A stretch of 50,076 nucleotides of DNA from an uncultured Actinomycetes bacterium (GCA_963709345.1 CAVPVX010000005.1:1-50076), one strand, 5' to 3'. Shown: positions 1-10,914, counted from the stretch's first letter. Notes: generated by a model from the sequence alone, not told the origin. Numbers and translations are program-made.

Positions 1-827
1 GCCGGTCAGCCCGCTGAAGATCGGTGACCGCGCCGAGATGGTCATCGGTTCCGCCCGGCTCGTCGGCGGCGGCATCTTCTGCGCGCCGGCCATCGTCGGC
101 GGCGCGACTGGCCCGGTGACGCTCGCCGGCAGCATCGTCTGCACCAACGCGGAGTTTCTGGCTGCGCTGGTCCTCGCCCAGCTGGTGCGTCGCGGCTCGC
201 GTGTCATCTACGCGAACTCGAGCGCCGTGATGGATCTCATGACGGCCAACCACGCCTTCGGAGCCCCGGAGATGGGCACGCTGGACGCCGCGACGGCGGC
301 GCTCGCCCACCGTTACGGGCTGCCGAGCGCCGTCTCGTCGTTCCCGAGCGCGAGCAAGGAGGTGGACGCGCAGACCGGCTACGAGTCCGCGATGAACGGG
401 CTGCTCGCCGCCCTCGCTGGAGCCGACTTCATCAACGGGCTCGGTGCGCTCGACTTCGCCCTGGACGTTCGACTACTCCAAGTTCATGCTCGACATCGAG
501 TGCGTGCGGCAGATCAAGGCCATCCTGCGTGGCGTCCCGCTCACCGACGCGCACCTGGCGCTGGACGTGATCGAGGAGATCGGTCCCGCCGGTCAGTACC
601 TCGCGCACAAGCACACCACGCGGCACATGAGGAAGCTGGCGCGCCCGGGGCTGTTCGACCGTCAGTCGCGCCACGCCTGGAGTCAGCAGGCCGTCCCCGA
701 TCTCGTGGAGCGTGCGCGCGACGACGCTCGCCGCGTGCTGGCGACGCACCAGCCGCCGCCGGTCTCGGACGCGACTCGCTCCGAGGTCCAGGAGATCATC
801 GCCGGACTCGTCGCCGGACAGGCGTGA
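1..827 (+). CDS. Trimethylamine methyltransferase (MttB) family protein, non-pyrrolysine; 5'-partial, with one frameshift near 463
   Basis: ORF 38.. reads GATGPVTLAGS..NAEFLA, FGAPE and SKEVDAQTGYE. It continues in the frame of ORF 444..827 (LALDVIEEIGPAGQYLAHKHT, FDR), a typical MttB C-terminus. Confidence 0.8.
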
Positions 828-917
828 GCCGCGTGCCCGAGTCGCCGCACGTGGACCCCCCGTCGCGCCAGTCCACTTCACCGAGTGACCCCGAGCGGTC
901 ACACAAAGGAGCCCCTC

Positions 918-2227
918 ATGTTGTCGCAGGAAGCCATCAAGACCCTCGACAGAAGGCACATCATCCACAGCTGGTCTGGTCCAGGCGGACATCAAGCCCC
1001 CGGTCCTCAGCGGGGCGAAGGAAGCGCACTCGGGACGGTGACGGCAACCGGTACCTCGACTTCTCCTCCGGCCTCGTCAACCTCTCCATCGGCTACCAGC
1101 ATCCCATGGTGGTCCAGGCGATCAAGGACGAGGCGGAGAAGAACGCCACGCGCGTGCGGACTGGGCCTGCGAGTCGCGGTCCAGGCTTGGCCGGGACCTC
1201 GCCGCGGTCACGCCGGGTGACCTCGACCACTTCTTCTTCACCACCGCCGGCGCCGACGCCAACGAGAACGCCGTGAAGATCGCGCGCGCCTACACAGGCA
1301 AGTCCAAGATCCTCGCCAAGTACCGCTCCTATCACTGGGGCCACCTACGGCGCTATCACCCTCACCGGCGACTTCCGCCGCCCGCCGGTCGAGCCCGGCA
1401 TCCCCGGCGTCGTCCACTTCCTCGATCCCTTCTGCTACCGCTGCCCGTTGGGGCTGACGCACCCGGACTGCGGCCTGCGCTGCGCGAGTACGTTGACGAG
1501 GTCATCCGCTGGGAGTCACCCAAGACCGTCGCCGCCGTGCTGGTGGAGACCCACACGGGCGGATCGGGCTTCTTCGCGCCCCCCTCGGGCTACTGCGCAG
1601 GCTGCGCGAGATCTGCGACGAGCACGGCGTCCTGCTGATCCTGGACCAGGTGATGGTGGGCCTCGGTCGCACCGGCGAGTGGTTCGCCATCAATCACTAC
1701 GACGGCGTCGTGCCCGACATGATGACCATGGCCAAGGGGCTCACCTGCGGGTACGTCCCGCTGGGCTGCGTGGCCGTCTCGGACCGAATCATGGAGAAGC
1801 TGGACCACGAGATGCTGTACGTGGGTCTGACGTACAGCGCCCACCCGCTCGCCTGCGGCACGGCGAGCGCCGTGCTGCGCGTCCTGCACGAGGAGGGGCT
1901 GATCGAGAACGCCCGCAGGCTGGGCGACGCGGCGAGGCCTCGAGCTGGAAGCGCTCAGAGGCGAGGCGCCGCTGCGTGGGCGACGTGCGCGGTACCGGGC
2001 TGTTCTTCTGCCTCGACCTCGTCGCCGACCGCGCGACCAGGGAGCCTCTGTCTCCCGCGCTGTCGGCCGCCGTCCACCGGCGACTGCTCGAGCGCGGGTT
2101 GAGCACCAACGTCATGGCCAACCTGCTCTTCGTCGGGCCGCCGCTGATCATCACCGAAGACCAGCTGGCCGAGGGCATCAGCGTCATCGACGAGGTCCTC
2201 GAGAGCATCGACAACGAACTCGCGTAG
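918..2227 (+). CDS. Class III PLP aminotransferase, broken by several frameshifts
   Basis: Fragments lie in different frames: GNRYLDFSSGLVN..IGYQHP, KIARAYTGK.KI..YRSYH, LILDQVMVGLGRTG, PDMMTMAKGLT.GY.PLG (PLP Lys), VGDVRGTGL, PPLII. An AAGGAG RBS precedes ATG 918. Confidence 0.75.
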
Positions 2228-2267
2228 GACCGGCGCCGCCGCCGGGCCGACGAAGAAAGGGACAGGC

Positions 2268-3299
2268 ATGCCCGAGACATTCGGACTGAACGTCGACCGT
2301 CTGGTCACCATCGAGATGAAGCGAGGCGGGGTCGAGAACCGGGGCGTGATCCTGCCGCTGTACGAGGCCGCGCACCGGGCCCAGGGCAGGGCGCTCACGC
2401 TGCTGGCCGCTGAGCGCCTCGTCGAGCGCGTGGGCCGAGGCGAGTACGTCCTGATCCTTACCGGCTCGGGGCGGCCGCCCTGGCGGCCTGCAGGCGAGAC
2501 CGACGGCCCGCTGGGGGCCGCCAGCCTGGGCCGGGCCCTGAAGCTCGGGCTCGGCGCGCGGCCCGCCTATGTGGCCGCCGAGCCGTACCTCCCGCCCGTG
2601 GTCGCGGCGAGTGAGGCGGCGGGCATCACGTGCACGCACGACCGCGAGATGGCCGACTACGACGGCTTCTACCCGACAGCGCTGGTACGGCCCTTCACGC
2701 TCGACAAGGACGAGGCGCTCGGGGCGGCTCGGGCGCTGCTCGACGAGCTGCAGCCGGCGGCCGTCATCTCGATCGAAACGCTGGGACCGAACGCCAAGGG
2801 CGTGATCCACAGCGCCAACGGCTACGAGCGGCCGTCCGAGCATGTGGCTCACACGTACCACCTGGTGGAAGAGGCGACCAGGCGCGGGATCCTCACCCTG
2901 GGCGTCGGCGACTTCGGCAACGAGATCGGGTGCGGCGTGGTCGCAGACGAGCTGACAGGGATGCTTCCGTGCTGGACCGCCTGCAAGTGCGCGTGCGCGT
3001 CCGACCCAGTCTGCCATGTGCCCACCGACGTGCTGGTCGTCGGCGCGATCAGCAACTGGGGCGGCTACGGCGTGTCGGCGTGCCTCTCCTACCTGCTCAA
3101 GGACCCCACGATCCTCCAGTCCGCGGAGGTGGAGCGCCGCATGGGCGTCGACTGCGCCTACGCCGGCGCTGAGGGCGAGGCCGGGATGAAGCAGCCGTGG
3201 GTGGACGGCACCTCGCCGGAGACCCAGGAGGCGGTGGTGACCATGCTGCACATGCTGGTCCGCAACGCGCTCTCCAGCCCGCAGGACAGGGGCTGGTAG
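2268..3299 (+). CDS. D-glutamate cyclase-like (DUF4392) protein
   Basis: Motifs ETDGPLGAA, ISIETLG.N..G..H, GVGDFGNEIG.G and SNWG.YG. Confidence 0.75.
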   Translation: MPETFGLNVDRLVTIEMKRGGVENRGVILPLYEAAHRAQGRALTLLAAERLVERVGRGEYVLILTGSGRPPWRPAGETDGPLGAASLGRALKLGLGARPAYVAAEPYLPPVVAASEAAGITCTHDREMADYDGFYPTALVRPFTLDKDEALGAARALLDELQPAAVISIETLGPNAKGVIHSANGYERPSEHVAHTYHLVEEATRRGILTLGVGDFGNEIGCGVVADELTGMLPCWTACKCACASDPVCHVPTDVLVVGAISNWGGYGVSACLSYLLKDPTILQSAEVERRMGVDCAYAGAEGEAGMKQPWVDGTSPETQEAVVTMLHMLVRNALSSPQDRGW

Positions 3300-3300
3300 C

Positions 3301-4577
3301 GTGAGCTCAGGCGCAGGCATCGACCCATCGGTCGGCTACGCGCGGGGCTCGATCCTGGCATCGTCTCTCGACGAGGCCAGACGCCGAGCCCACGCTCTGC
3401 GGCTGATCCGCGAGCGCGCCGCAGCCATCGGTCACGACAGCTTCTACAACTTCACCGGACTGCACCGGGACTTCCCCGTCCCCCCCGACAAGGTGGCGTG
3501 GGGAGAGGAATGGGTGGGCCCGGCGTTCTTCTCGGACGAACTCGAGCAGCTGGCGAGAGAGCACTTCGGCGGTGACGCCGGGCACGACGTGGCGGTCTTC
3601 AACCGCTGTTCGGCCGGCATCATCGCCGCCTGCCTCGCCCTCGCCCGGCCGGGGTCGACCGTGGCGTCGGTCACGCCTGGAGCGCGCTCGCACCCCTCGA
3701 TCGGGCGCGGCGCCCGGCTTGCCGCCGCGCAGCTCCGCCAGACCACGCTGCCCTCCGATGTGGAGCTCTGGCTGGCTGAGGACGACGTGAGCCTCATCGT
3801 CATCACGGGGGTCTCGAGCGAGCTTGAGATCCTCGGCCAGGACGTGCTTCTCGCCGCGGTGCGGCTCGGCCGCGACGCAGGCGTCCCCGTGCTGCTGGAC
3901 GACGCCTACGGCACCAGGCTCCGCCCCATCGTCTTCGGCGGCCTCAAGACCATGGAGACGGGCGCGGACCTGGGCGTGACGGCCTGCGACAAAGCGGGTC
4001 TGGGTGGTCCCCGGGCCGGCCTCATGGTCGGCGAGCCCGGACTGATGCGTCAGGTCGCCGCCAAGGCCGCGGAGCTGGGAATGGAGGCGCGGCCGCCGCT
4101 GGCCCTGGGCATCTGGTCCTCGCTCCGCACGTTCGATCGCCCGGCATCTGCTGCGAGGAGTACGCGCTCGGCGGTGAGATCTACGGGGCGCTCAGCGGGC
4201 ACTTCGGTGAGGGTCGGGTGGTCCGCTCGGCGCTCGGCGCGAGCATGCCGGCCGACAAGGTCGACGAGCTGGTGCGCGAGATGACCGGCCACGACCTGCC
4301 CGTCGCACCTGGCGAGCTGACGGCCGGCATCGGTCTGTACTGGCTCGGGGAGCACGGCGTCATCAGCGTGAACGCCATGGGCCAGCCGGGGGCCAGCATC
4401 TGGCTGCGCTTCAAGCCCTCACCGGCCGAGCTCGAGCGCTTCGGCGGCATCCCGGCGCTGCTCGACATCGTCGAGCGCGGCATCGACCACGTCGCGCAGC
4501 GGGCGCACTCGGTCGCGGAGATGCGGCGTCTCATCCTGGGCGAAGGACCGGGCGACGAAGGGAACGAAGGAGCATGA
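3301..4577 (+). CDS. Fold-type I PLP enzyme, MJ0158/TIGR03576 (SelA-like) family; frameshift near 4140
   Basis: Motifs FNRCSAG, SHPSI, DDAYGTRLR and ACDKAGLGGPRAGL. The C-terminus is in ORF 4218..4577, whose stop overlaps the AOR start (ATGA). Confidence 0.6.
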
Positions 4578-6457
4578 ACATCGGCGGCTACGTAGGCAAG
4601 CTGCTCCGCGTCGACCTGACGTCGGGGACCACCATCGTCGAGCCCCTGTCGCAGGAGTTCATCGAGACCTGGGTGGGCGGCGTCGGCTTCGGCGCGCGGA
4701 TCCTCCACGAGGAGGTGCCCGCGGGGGTCGAGTGGGACGACCCGGAGAACCGGATGGTCTGGACCGCCGGCCCGCTGGGCGGCAGCGGCGTCTACGGCGC
4801 GGGGACCTTCAACGTCGCGGCCAAGGGTCCCATGACGGGACTCGCCGGAGCCTCGCAGGCCAACGGCTTCATGGGCGCCTACATGAAGTTCTCGGGCGTC
4901 GACGGCATCGTGTTCACGGGTCGGTCGCCGGAGCTGGTGTACCTCCACATCGAGGACGGGGCAGCGGAACTGCGCGACGCCCGGCACCTGGCCGGCAAAG
5001 ACCTCTTCGAGCTCGAGGACTGCCTTCGCGAGGAACTGGGCGTGAAGGGCCATCAGGTGAGCGTCTACGGCATCGGACCGGCCGGCGAGCAGGGCGTGCG
5101 CTTCGCGGCCATCGGCGGCGACGGCGGGCACCTGGCGGCCCACAACGGGCTGGGCGCCGTGATGGGCGCCAAGAACCTCAAGGCCGTGGTGGCGCACCGA
5201 GGCAAGCGGAACTTCCCCATCCACGACGGCGCTCGGCTCAAGGCCGCCAACCTGGCCATGTTCGAGCACGCCAAGGGCTTCGGGCACGTGTATCAGTGGG
5301 GCACCGGCGGCGGCTTCTCCGCCGTCCACGACGGCGGCCGGCTCCCCGTCCGCAACTACACGACAAGCATCTTCCCCGAGCACGAGAGCATGAACGGACA
5401 GTACATGCGCTCGCACTTCGAGACGCGCTCGATGCCGTGCTACAGGTGCGCGTTCGCCCACGTGAAGGAAGTCACGGTGACCGAGGGCCCCTACGAGGGA
5501 TTCGTGGGGGAGGAACCCGAGTACGAGCAGCTGGCCGCGTGGGGGCCGCAGATCGGCAACACCGACCTCGGTGCGGTCGTCATGCTGACGCGCGAGGTCG
5601 ACCGCCTGGGCATGGACTGCAACGAGGCCTCGTGGACCGTCGGCTGGGTCATGGAGTGCTACGAGAAGGGGCTTCTGTCCAAAGAGGACCTGGACGGTCT
5701 GGACCTGCGCTGGGGCAACGTCGAGGCGGTACGGGAGTTGCTCGGCCGGATGGCTGCCCGAGAGGGTATCGGGGAGCTGCTGGCGGACGGGGTGAAGCGT
5801 GCCTCCGAGAGCGTCGGCGGCGAGGCCGCCGACCTCGCCGTCTACACGCACAAGGGCGCCAGCCCCCGCAGTCACGACCATCGCGGTGGTTGGGCGGAGC
5901 TCTTCGACACCGCGCTCAGCAACACGAGCACGATCGAGTCGACGTGGGCCGGCGTACACCCGCAACTGGTGGATCAGCCCCCGGTAGCCGACCCGTTCTC
6001 CCACGAAGAGGTCTCGCGCACCAACGCCCGCTTCAACGGCATCCGGCAGTTCGACGACTGCCTCGGCACCTGTCGCTTCGTCTCGCCGCACCCGGGCCTC
6101 CAGCTCGACTGCCTGAACGCCGTCACCGGCTGGGACATGACGCTGGACGACGTGTTCACTGTCGGCCGCCGGGTCGTCAACCAGCTGCGCGTGTTCAACT
6201 TCCGGCACGGGATGCGCAAAGAAGACGAGCGGCCGTCCCGGAAGTACGGTTCCGTGCCCGTTGACGGCCCCGCCAAGGGCAAGGACATCATGGAGAAGTG
6301 GGGCCGGATGCTGGAGGTCTACTACGGCGAGATGGGCTGGGACGTGGAGACCGGCAAGCCGCTCTCGCAGACGCTCACAGACCTCGGTCTCGAAGACCTG
6401 ATCGCAGACCTCTGGGCCACGGCGCGCCACGGCCCGGACAAGGACGGCAGCACATGA
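4574..6457 (+). CDS. aor: Aldehyde ferredoxin oxidoreductase (tungsten AOR family)
   Basis: 627 aa; motifs GKLLRVDLT, IGPAGE, GLGAVMGAKNLKA, C..C, EPEYE, DRLGMD and YY..MGWD..TGKP. Confidence 0.9.
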   Translation: MNIGGYVGKLLRVDLTSGTTIVEPLSQEFIETWVGGVGFGARILHEEVPAGVEWDDPENRMVWTAGPLGGSGVYGAGTFNVAAKGPMTGLAGASQANGFMGAYMKFSGVDGIVFTGRSPELVYLHIEDGAAELRDARHLAGKDLFELEDCLREELGVKGHQVSVYGIGPAGEQGVRFAAIGGDGGHLAAHNGLGAVMGAKNLKAVVAHRGKRNFPIHDGARLKAANLAMFEHAKGFGHVYQWGTGGGFSAVHDGGRLPVRNYTTSIFPEHESMNGQYMRSHFETRSMPCYRCAFAHVKEVTVTEGPYEGFVGEEPEYEQLAAWGPQIGNTDLGAVVMLTREVDRLGMDCNEASWTVGWVMECYEKGLLSKEDLDGLDLRWGNVEAVRELLGRMAAREGIGELLADGVKRASESVGGEAADLAVYTHKGASPRSHDHRGGWAELFDTALSNTSTIESTWAGVHPQLVDQPPVADPFSHEEVSRTNARFNGIRQFDDCLGTCRFVSPHPGLQLDCLNAVTGWDMTLDDVFTVGRRVVNQLRVFNFRHGMRKEDERPSRKYGSVPVDGPAKGKDIMEKWGRMLEVYYGEMGWDVETGKPLSQTLTDLGLEDLIADLWATARHGPDKDGST

Positions 6458-7362
6458 GCGGGACACAGATCTCACTGCGCGGGGTGTTCACCCCCATCGT
6501 CACCTCGTTCGACGAGGACGGGGCGGTCGCGCACGACAGGATGGCCGAGAACCTCGATCGCTGGAACCGGACGGGGCTCAAGGGCTACGTCGTCCTCGGC
6601 TCCAACGGCGAGTGGGTCTTTCTCGACGAGCGGGAGCGCCTGGAGGTGCTCAAGACGGCGCGCCAGGCCATCGGCGGGGACAAGCTGCTGATCGCCGGCG
6701 CCGCCGCGGAATCCACAATGCACACGATCGCGCTGACGGAGGCCGCGGCGTCCGTCGGGGCCGACGCGGCCATCGTCGTGAACCCCAGCTACTACAAGGG
6801 CCAGATGACGCCGCCGGTCCTGGCCGACTACTACGTCGCCGTGGCAGACCGCTCGCCGATCCCGGTCGTCATCTACAACCTTCCGCCCGCCACCGGCATC
6901 GACCTGCCGGCGGCGCTGCTGGTCGAGCTCTCGCTGCACCCGAACATCATCGGCGTCAAGGACACCGGCGGAGACGTGGCCAAGATGGGCGAGACCTTGC
7001 GGCAGGCTGACGATTCGTTCGAGGTGCTCGCCGGCTCGTCCAGCTTCTTCTACCCGACCCAGGCCATGGGCGTGGTCGGCGGCGTCCTCGCCCTGGCGAA
7101 CATCGCCCCCAACGAGTCGGTGGCGCTCTACGACCTCTTCCACGCCGGCCGGATGGACGAAGGGCGCAAGCTGCATCTCCGGATGCTGCCGGTCAATCTG
7201 GCCGTCACTACCCGCTTCGGGGTCAGCGGTCTGAAGGCGGCCATGGACATGCTCGGTTACTACGGGGGGCCGCCGCGACCGCCGCTGCGGCCGCTCGACG
7301 AGCAGCGGCGCGGAGAGCTGCGATCGATCCTGCGGCAGGCGGACCTGCTGACAGAGGAGTGA
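6454..7362 (+). CDS. DapA/NAL-family aldolase, 4-hydroxy-2-oxoglutarate aldolase-like
   Basis: Motifs GVFTPIVT.F, VLGSNGE (HOGA-type GSNGE), IYNLP and IGVKDT (Schiff-base Lys). ATGA overlap with the AOR stop. Confidence 0.8.
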   Translation: MSGTQISLRGVFTPIVTSFDEDGAVAHDRMAENLDRWNRTGLKGYVVLGSNGEWVFLDERERLEVLKTARQAIGGDKLLIAGAAAESTMHTIALTEAAASVGADAAIVVNPSYYKGQMTPPVLADYYVAVADRSPIPVVIYNLPPATGIDLPAALLVELSLHPNIIGVKDTGGDVAKMGETLRQADDSFEVLAGSSSFFYPTQAMGVVGGVLALANIAPNESVALYDLFHAGRMDEGRKLHLRMLPVNLAVTTRFGVSGLKAAMDMLGYYGGPPRPPLRPLDEQRRGELRSILRQADLLTEE

Positions 7363-7482
7363 CTTCGCCGGGTGCGGTACGACCGTCGCAGCGGCGGCCA
7401 CGCCCTTGGGCGCACCGCGGGCCGCCCGGGAGAATGACGTACTCTCGGCATCGAGGCCGGCGCTGATGAGCGGGAGGCGCGC

Positions 7483-8754
7483 GTGAGCAGGAGTCAAGGG
7501 AGTCTGGAGTCGCATCTCGAGGAGCGTCGCCGCCACGCCGTCGACTCGTGCACGGCCTGCGGCACCTGTTTCCGCGAGTGCCCGGTGCTCGAGCACCTCG
7601 ACTTCGGCGACCTCAAGCCGGCCGCGGTGCAGGCGCAGATCCGCGCGTTTCTCGACGGCGGCGAGGCGACCGACGCGGTCTTCCGCCGCGTGTTCTCGTG
7701 CATGGGCTGCTACGGCTGCTGCTCGGGCGTCTGCCCGCAGGACCTCGACGTGATGCAGGTGAACGAGCTGGTGAAGGCGCGCTACCGGCGCCTCGGCCTC
7801 GAGTGCGCGGCCTACACGCCGGCCACCGACCCGCAGGCGCCGCAGCGCGTCGTCGCCAGCATCCAGGCGACCCCGGACGAGTACCGGCGCATCTTCACCG
7901 CCTCGCCGCAGCGGCCGGCGCGCTTCGTCTTCTTCGCCGGCTGCAACGTCTACAGCCAGCCGGCGCGCCTGCTCGAGGCCCTCGACGTGCTCGCGCTCCT
8001 CGACGACGACGTCGCCTTTCTCCCCGGTCTCGACCACTGCTGCGGCGACACGCCGCTGTTCATGGGCGACCCCGATGAGGCCGCCCGCGTCATGGACGAC
8101 CTGGTGGCCGCGATCGCCGCCTACGAGCCCGAGGCAGCCGTGTTCTGGTGCCCGACCTGCCTGTGCCGCGCACACACGACCGTTTCGGAGGCGTACCGGC
8201 TGCCGTTCGCTACGCTGTCGCTGCCGCAGTTCCTGGCCGCCCGTCTCGAGCAGCTCGACTTCACGCAGCCGTTCGCGGCCAGGGCTACCGTCCACGACGC
8301 CTGCAAGATCGCGCTCACGGGCCTCGACGCCGACGGCCCGCGGCCGCTGCTGGCGAGCGTCCCGGGTCTGGAACTCGTGGAGATGGAGCGCACCGGGGCT
8401 GAGGCGGCGTGCTGCGGCTCCGGCGCCTTCACCTGGGTCCCCTCCGTCGGCGACGAGGTCCGCGACGAGCGGCTCGCCGAGGCGAGCGGCACCGGCGCCG
8501 ATACGCTGATCGACGTCTGCCATTACTGCCACCACGTGTTCCTGCCGGAGGCCGCGCGGTTCGACCTCGCCTGTGAGAACTGGATCCACGTGCTCGCGCG
8601 CTCGCTCGGCGTCGCGCGCGAAGACGACTACGCAGCCTGGCGGCGAAGTGCGGACCCGGAGCTCGTGATCGCCGCAGCGGCGGACCGCTTCGCCTCGTCA
8701 CCGTTCGACCGCGAGACCATCGAGAACGTCGTTCTCGCCCACTTCGGAAGCTGA
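7483..8754 (+). CDS. Fe-S oxidoreductase with 4Fe-4S dicluster and CCG domains (HdrD/GlpC-like)
   Basis: Motifs CTACGTC..ECP, CMGCYGCCSGVCP, FFAGC, HCCG, CPTC, HDAC, CCGSG and CHYC. Confidence 0.8.
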   Translation: MSRSQGSLESHLEERRRHAVDSCTACGTCFRECPVLEHLDFGDLKPAAVQAQIRAFLDGGEATDAVFRRVFSCMGCYGCCSGVCPQDLDVMQVNELVKARYRRLGLECAAYTPATDPQAPQRVVASIQATPDEYRRIFTASPQRPARFVFFAGCNVYSQPARLLEALDVLALLDDDVAFLPGLDHCCGDTPLFMGDPDEAARVMDDLVAAIAAYEPEAAVFWCPTCLCRAHTTVSEAYRLPFATLSLPQFLAARLEQLDFTQPFAARATVHDACKIALTGLDADGPRPLLASVPGLELVEMERTGAEAACCGSGAFTWVPSVGDEVRDERLAEASGTGADTLIDVCHYCHHVFLPEAARFDLACENWIHVLARSLGVAREDDYAAWRRSADPELVIAAAADRFASSPFDRETIENVVLAHFGS

Positions 8755-9032
8755 TCGCGGCCGCAGAGGGCCCGGCACGGGACGTGCCGCTGGCCGCCTC
8801 ACGGCTGGAGAGGCCGCCGCAGTACGCCAGTTGGCCAGCATCCCGGCTCCATGGTCTCATCGCACGCTCACGAACTCCGATGCGGCGACGGAGCAGTGGA
8901 GGCGACGTCGGTAGGTACAGGCGACGAGTCCATGGCTGCCCCGAAGGACTGGCTGACCATTGACCCGCCCAGCTCGAGCCAGAGAGCCTGAAGAACTGTC
9001 CGACTTCCCCCGAAGGTCCGGGAGCCGTGACG

Positions 9033-9320
9033 ACCGCGAGGACCAGCAGCCGAGAGGCGCCGCGTGCCGTCCCCTGCAAGTTGCTAAGAAGCTGCTGATT
9101 CTGCAGGGAACTGCAGGCTAGACCACGCACCGCGGGCGCCGCTATCGAGCAGGATTGACCCGTTTTGGCCTCAGAAGCACCCAAACAGCACCCTGGAGTG
9201 CGGATTTAGGAAACCTGTGCTCTATCCACTGAGCCACGAGGGCATTATGCCGATTTGCAGGAGTTTTTCCTCTGCGGCGACTCGGCAAGACTACCAGAGT
9301 TGCGAAATCTGCAGGAAACG
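9033..9320. repeat. attP-like integration site, copy 1 (homologous to 13174-13476)
   Basis: Shares blocks with copy 2 (GAGAGGCGCCGCG..GCAAGTTGCYAAGAAG..TGCTGATTCTGCAGG, the tRNA half, GCCGATTTGCAGG, AATCTGCAGGAAACG). Four YTGCAGG motifs flank the tRNA-derived core. Confidence 0.7.
9205..9243 (-). pseudogene. 5' half of tRNA-Arg(CCT), att core, copy 1
   Basis: The minus strand reads GCCCTCG TG GCTC AGTGGATA GAGC A CAGGT TTCCTAA A: acceptor 5' strand, D arm and anticodon loop with CCT. There is no 3' half or T arm. Confidence 0.8.
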
Positions 9321-9497
9321 TGCGGCGGGACCGGCGGCGCGGTGGTCAGAGCAGGTGAACGCGCAGGCCAAGAGCGGCTGCGGGAAGGGTCAGTTAGGGC
9401 GGCCAGCGAGCGCCGGGCATGTGCGCGACGGTTGGGCGTCCGTGCCCCGGGGTACGCTCCGGCGCAGCAAGATCGGCCGAGGAACGGAGTCGGGTCG

Positions 9498-10193
9498 ATG
9501 AGCGACGAGCCGCAGCGGCAGTCCCAGGAGAACAGCATCGCGGACCGGGACCGGTACTCCCTGCCCCTCGACCGCTTCAACGCTTTCTCCGACGGCGTCT
9601 TCGCCATCGCCATCACGCTGCTGGTGCTCGAGATCGCCATCCCAGGCGCGGGCGTCCGCGTGCTGCCGGCGCTGCGGGAGCAGTGGCCCGAGTTCCTCGG
9701 CTACTACATCAGCTTCGCCTTCATCGGCGGCATCTGGATCGCGCACTCCGGCGTGACCAAGCTCATGAAGCTCGGGGACAGCGCATCGTTCGCGCTCAAC
9801 CTGCTGCTGCTGCTCTTCGTCGGCCTGCTGCCCTTCACAACGGCGCTCATGGTCACGCACCTGACGGGAGCGGACGCCGAGATCACGGTGCTGCTCTACG
9901 GCGCGAACCTGCTGCTCGCCTCGACCATGCTCAGCCTGCTCATCCTCTACCTCGCGCAGGAGCCGTCGCTGCTCGTCGACACCATCGCCGAAGGCACGCT
10001 GCGCAGCATCACGCGGCGGCGTTGGACGGCGATCGGGCTGAACGTGCTGGCGATCGCCGTGGCGCTCGTGGCCCCGAAGGCCGCAGTCGGCCTGTACCTC
10101 GCTGAGACGACCTTGCTGCTGGTCATCCCCTTCCTCGGTCTGCGCCGCCACCGTCGGCCGAGATCGGCCGGAAGCGGCGGTCAGAGCAAGTGA
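9498..10193 (+). CDS. TMEM175-family (DUF1211) potassium channel
   Basis: Signature RFNAFSDGVFAIAITLLVLE, W..H, LLPFTT and several TM helices. GGAG precedes ATG 9498. Confidence 0.85.
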   Translation: MSDEPQRQSQENSIADRDRYSLPLDRFNAFSDGVFAIAITLLVLEIAIPGAGVRVLPALREQWPEFLGYYISFAFIGGIWIAHSGVTKLMKLGDSASFALNLLLLLFVGLLPFTTALMVTHLTGADAEITVLLYGANLLLASTMLSLLILYLAQEPSLLVDTIAEGTLRSITRRRWTAIGLNVLAIAVALVAPKAAVGLYLAETTLLLVIPFLGLRRHRRPRSAGSGGQSK

Positions 10194-10212
10194 TCGAGAA
10201 GCACCGAAAGGG

Positions 10213-10914
10213 CTAGCGGCGGCGAGTGGCGAGCGCGACGACGTTGTCGAAACTGGGTCCAGCATCCTCGGCGACCTTCTCTTCGGCGCGCGCCAGTGCC
10301 GCGCGCGTGACCTCGTCGAGCCCCGCCACCGCTCTCGCGCGCGCGGCCGTCGTGAGCCGCACGCAGTGCCTGAGCGTGGTCGCCGGGTCGGAGTGCCCGA
10401 GCCACTCCTGCGCCTGCTTCACGCCGTAGGTTTCGTACACCCAGGTGCCGAACGAGTCGCGCAGGCCGTGGATCGGCAGGTGCGGGTCGATCCTCTGGCG
10501 GGCGACCCAGCTCCACCACTGGCTCTTGACGGTGGAGGGCGCCATCTGCGTGCCCTCCTTCTTGGGGACGACGCGGCCGGCCTCGTTCCAGGCCGGGCCC
10601 TGGGCCAGGCGGTACTCCTTCTGTGCCGCGAGCCAGACGCGCAGGCGGTCGGGGTCGATGGAGCGGTGCGCCTCGAGCTCGGCGATCCATGTCTCTAACA
10701 GTCGCTCGGCGGCCTTCTTGCCCTTCGCCTCGACGACCTTGGTGGTCTTCGGGTACTTCTGCTTCTGCCTGCCCTTCGAGTCGAGCACTGGCTGCCTGTC
10801 CCGGTCGAACGCAGGCTCGGGAGGCAGGTTCACCCACAGCTGCCAGCGGCCGCGCACGGGGACGCCGTTCTTCTTCACGGGGTAGACGAAGCCGGTGAGG
10901 CGGAAGGGGTCCAT
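10213..10914 (-). pseudogene. Phage-type tyrosine integrase remnant 1 (internal deletion; catalytic Tyr changed to Cys)
   Basis: An N-terminal arm-binding-like region (GRWQLWVNL..KKAAERLL) is joined near 10650 directly to box II (HGLRDSFGTW..QEWLGHSDPATTLRHC). Box I and the core-binding domain are missing. Confidence 0.75.

Noticed and set aside
341-349. Pyrrolysine codon in the MttB homolog
   Set aside because: The position I align with Pyl (just before SASK) is CCG (Pro), and there is no in-frame TAG.
9170-9243. Intact tRNA-Arg gene (also at 13313-13386)
   Set aside because: The 3' anticodon stem mismatches (ATCCG instead of ACCTG), and there is no T arm or 3' acceptor strand.
9320-10212. 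Additional attC sites around TMEM175 or other cargo genes
   Set aside because: An isolated GTTAGGG near 9393 has no matching R''/L hairpin, and none was found around 14264-14308, 15701-15773 or 19916-20024.
10213-10914. Integron integrase IntI
   Set aside because: No IntI-type motifs are visible; the N-terminus and box II look phage/ICE-like.
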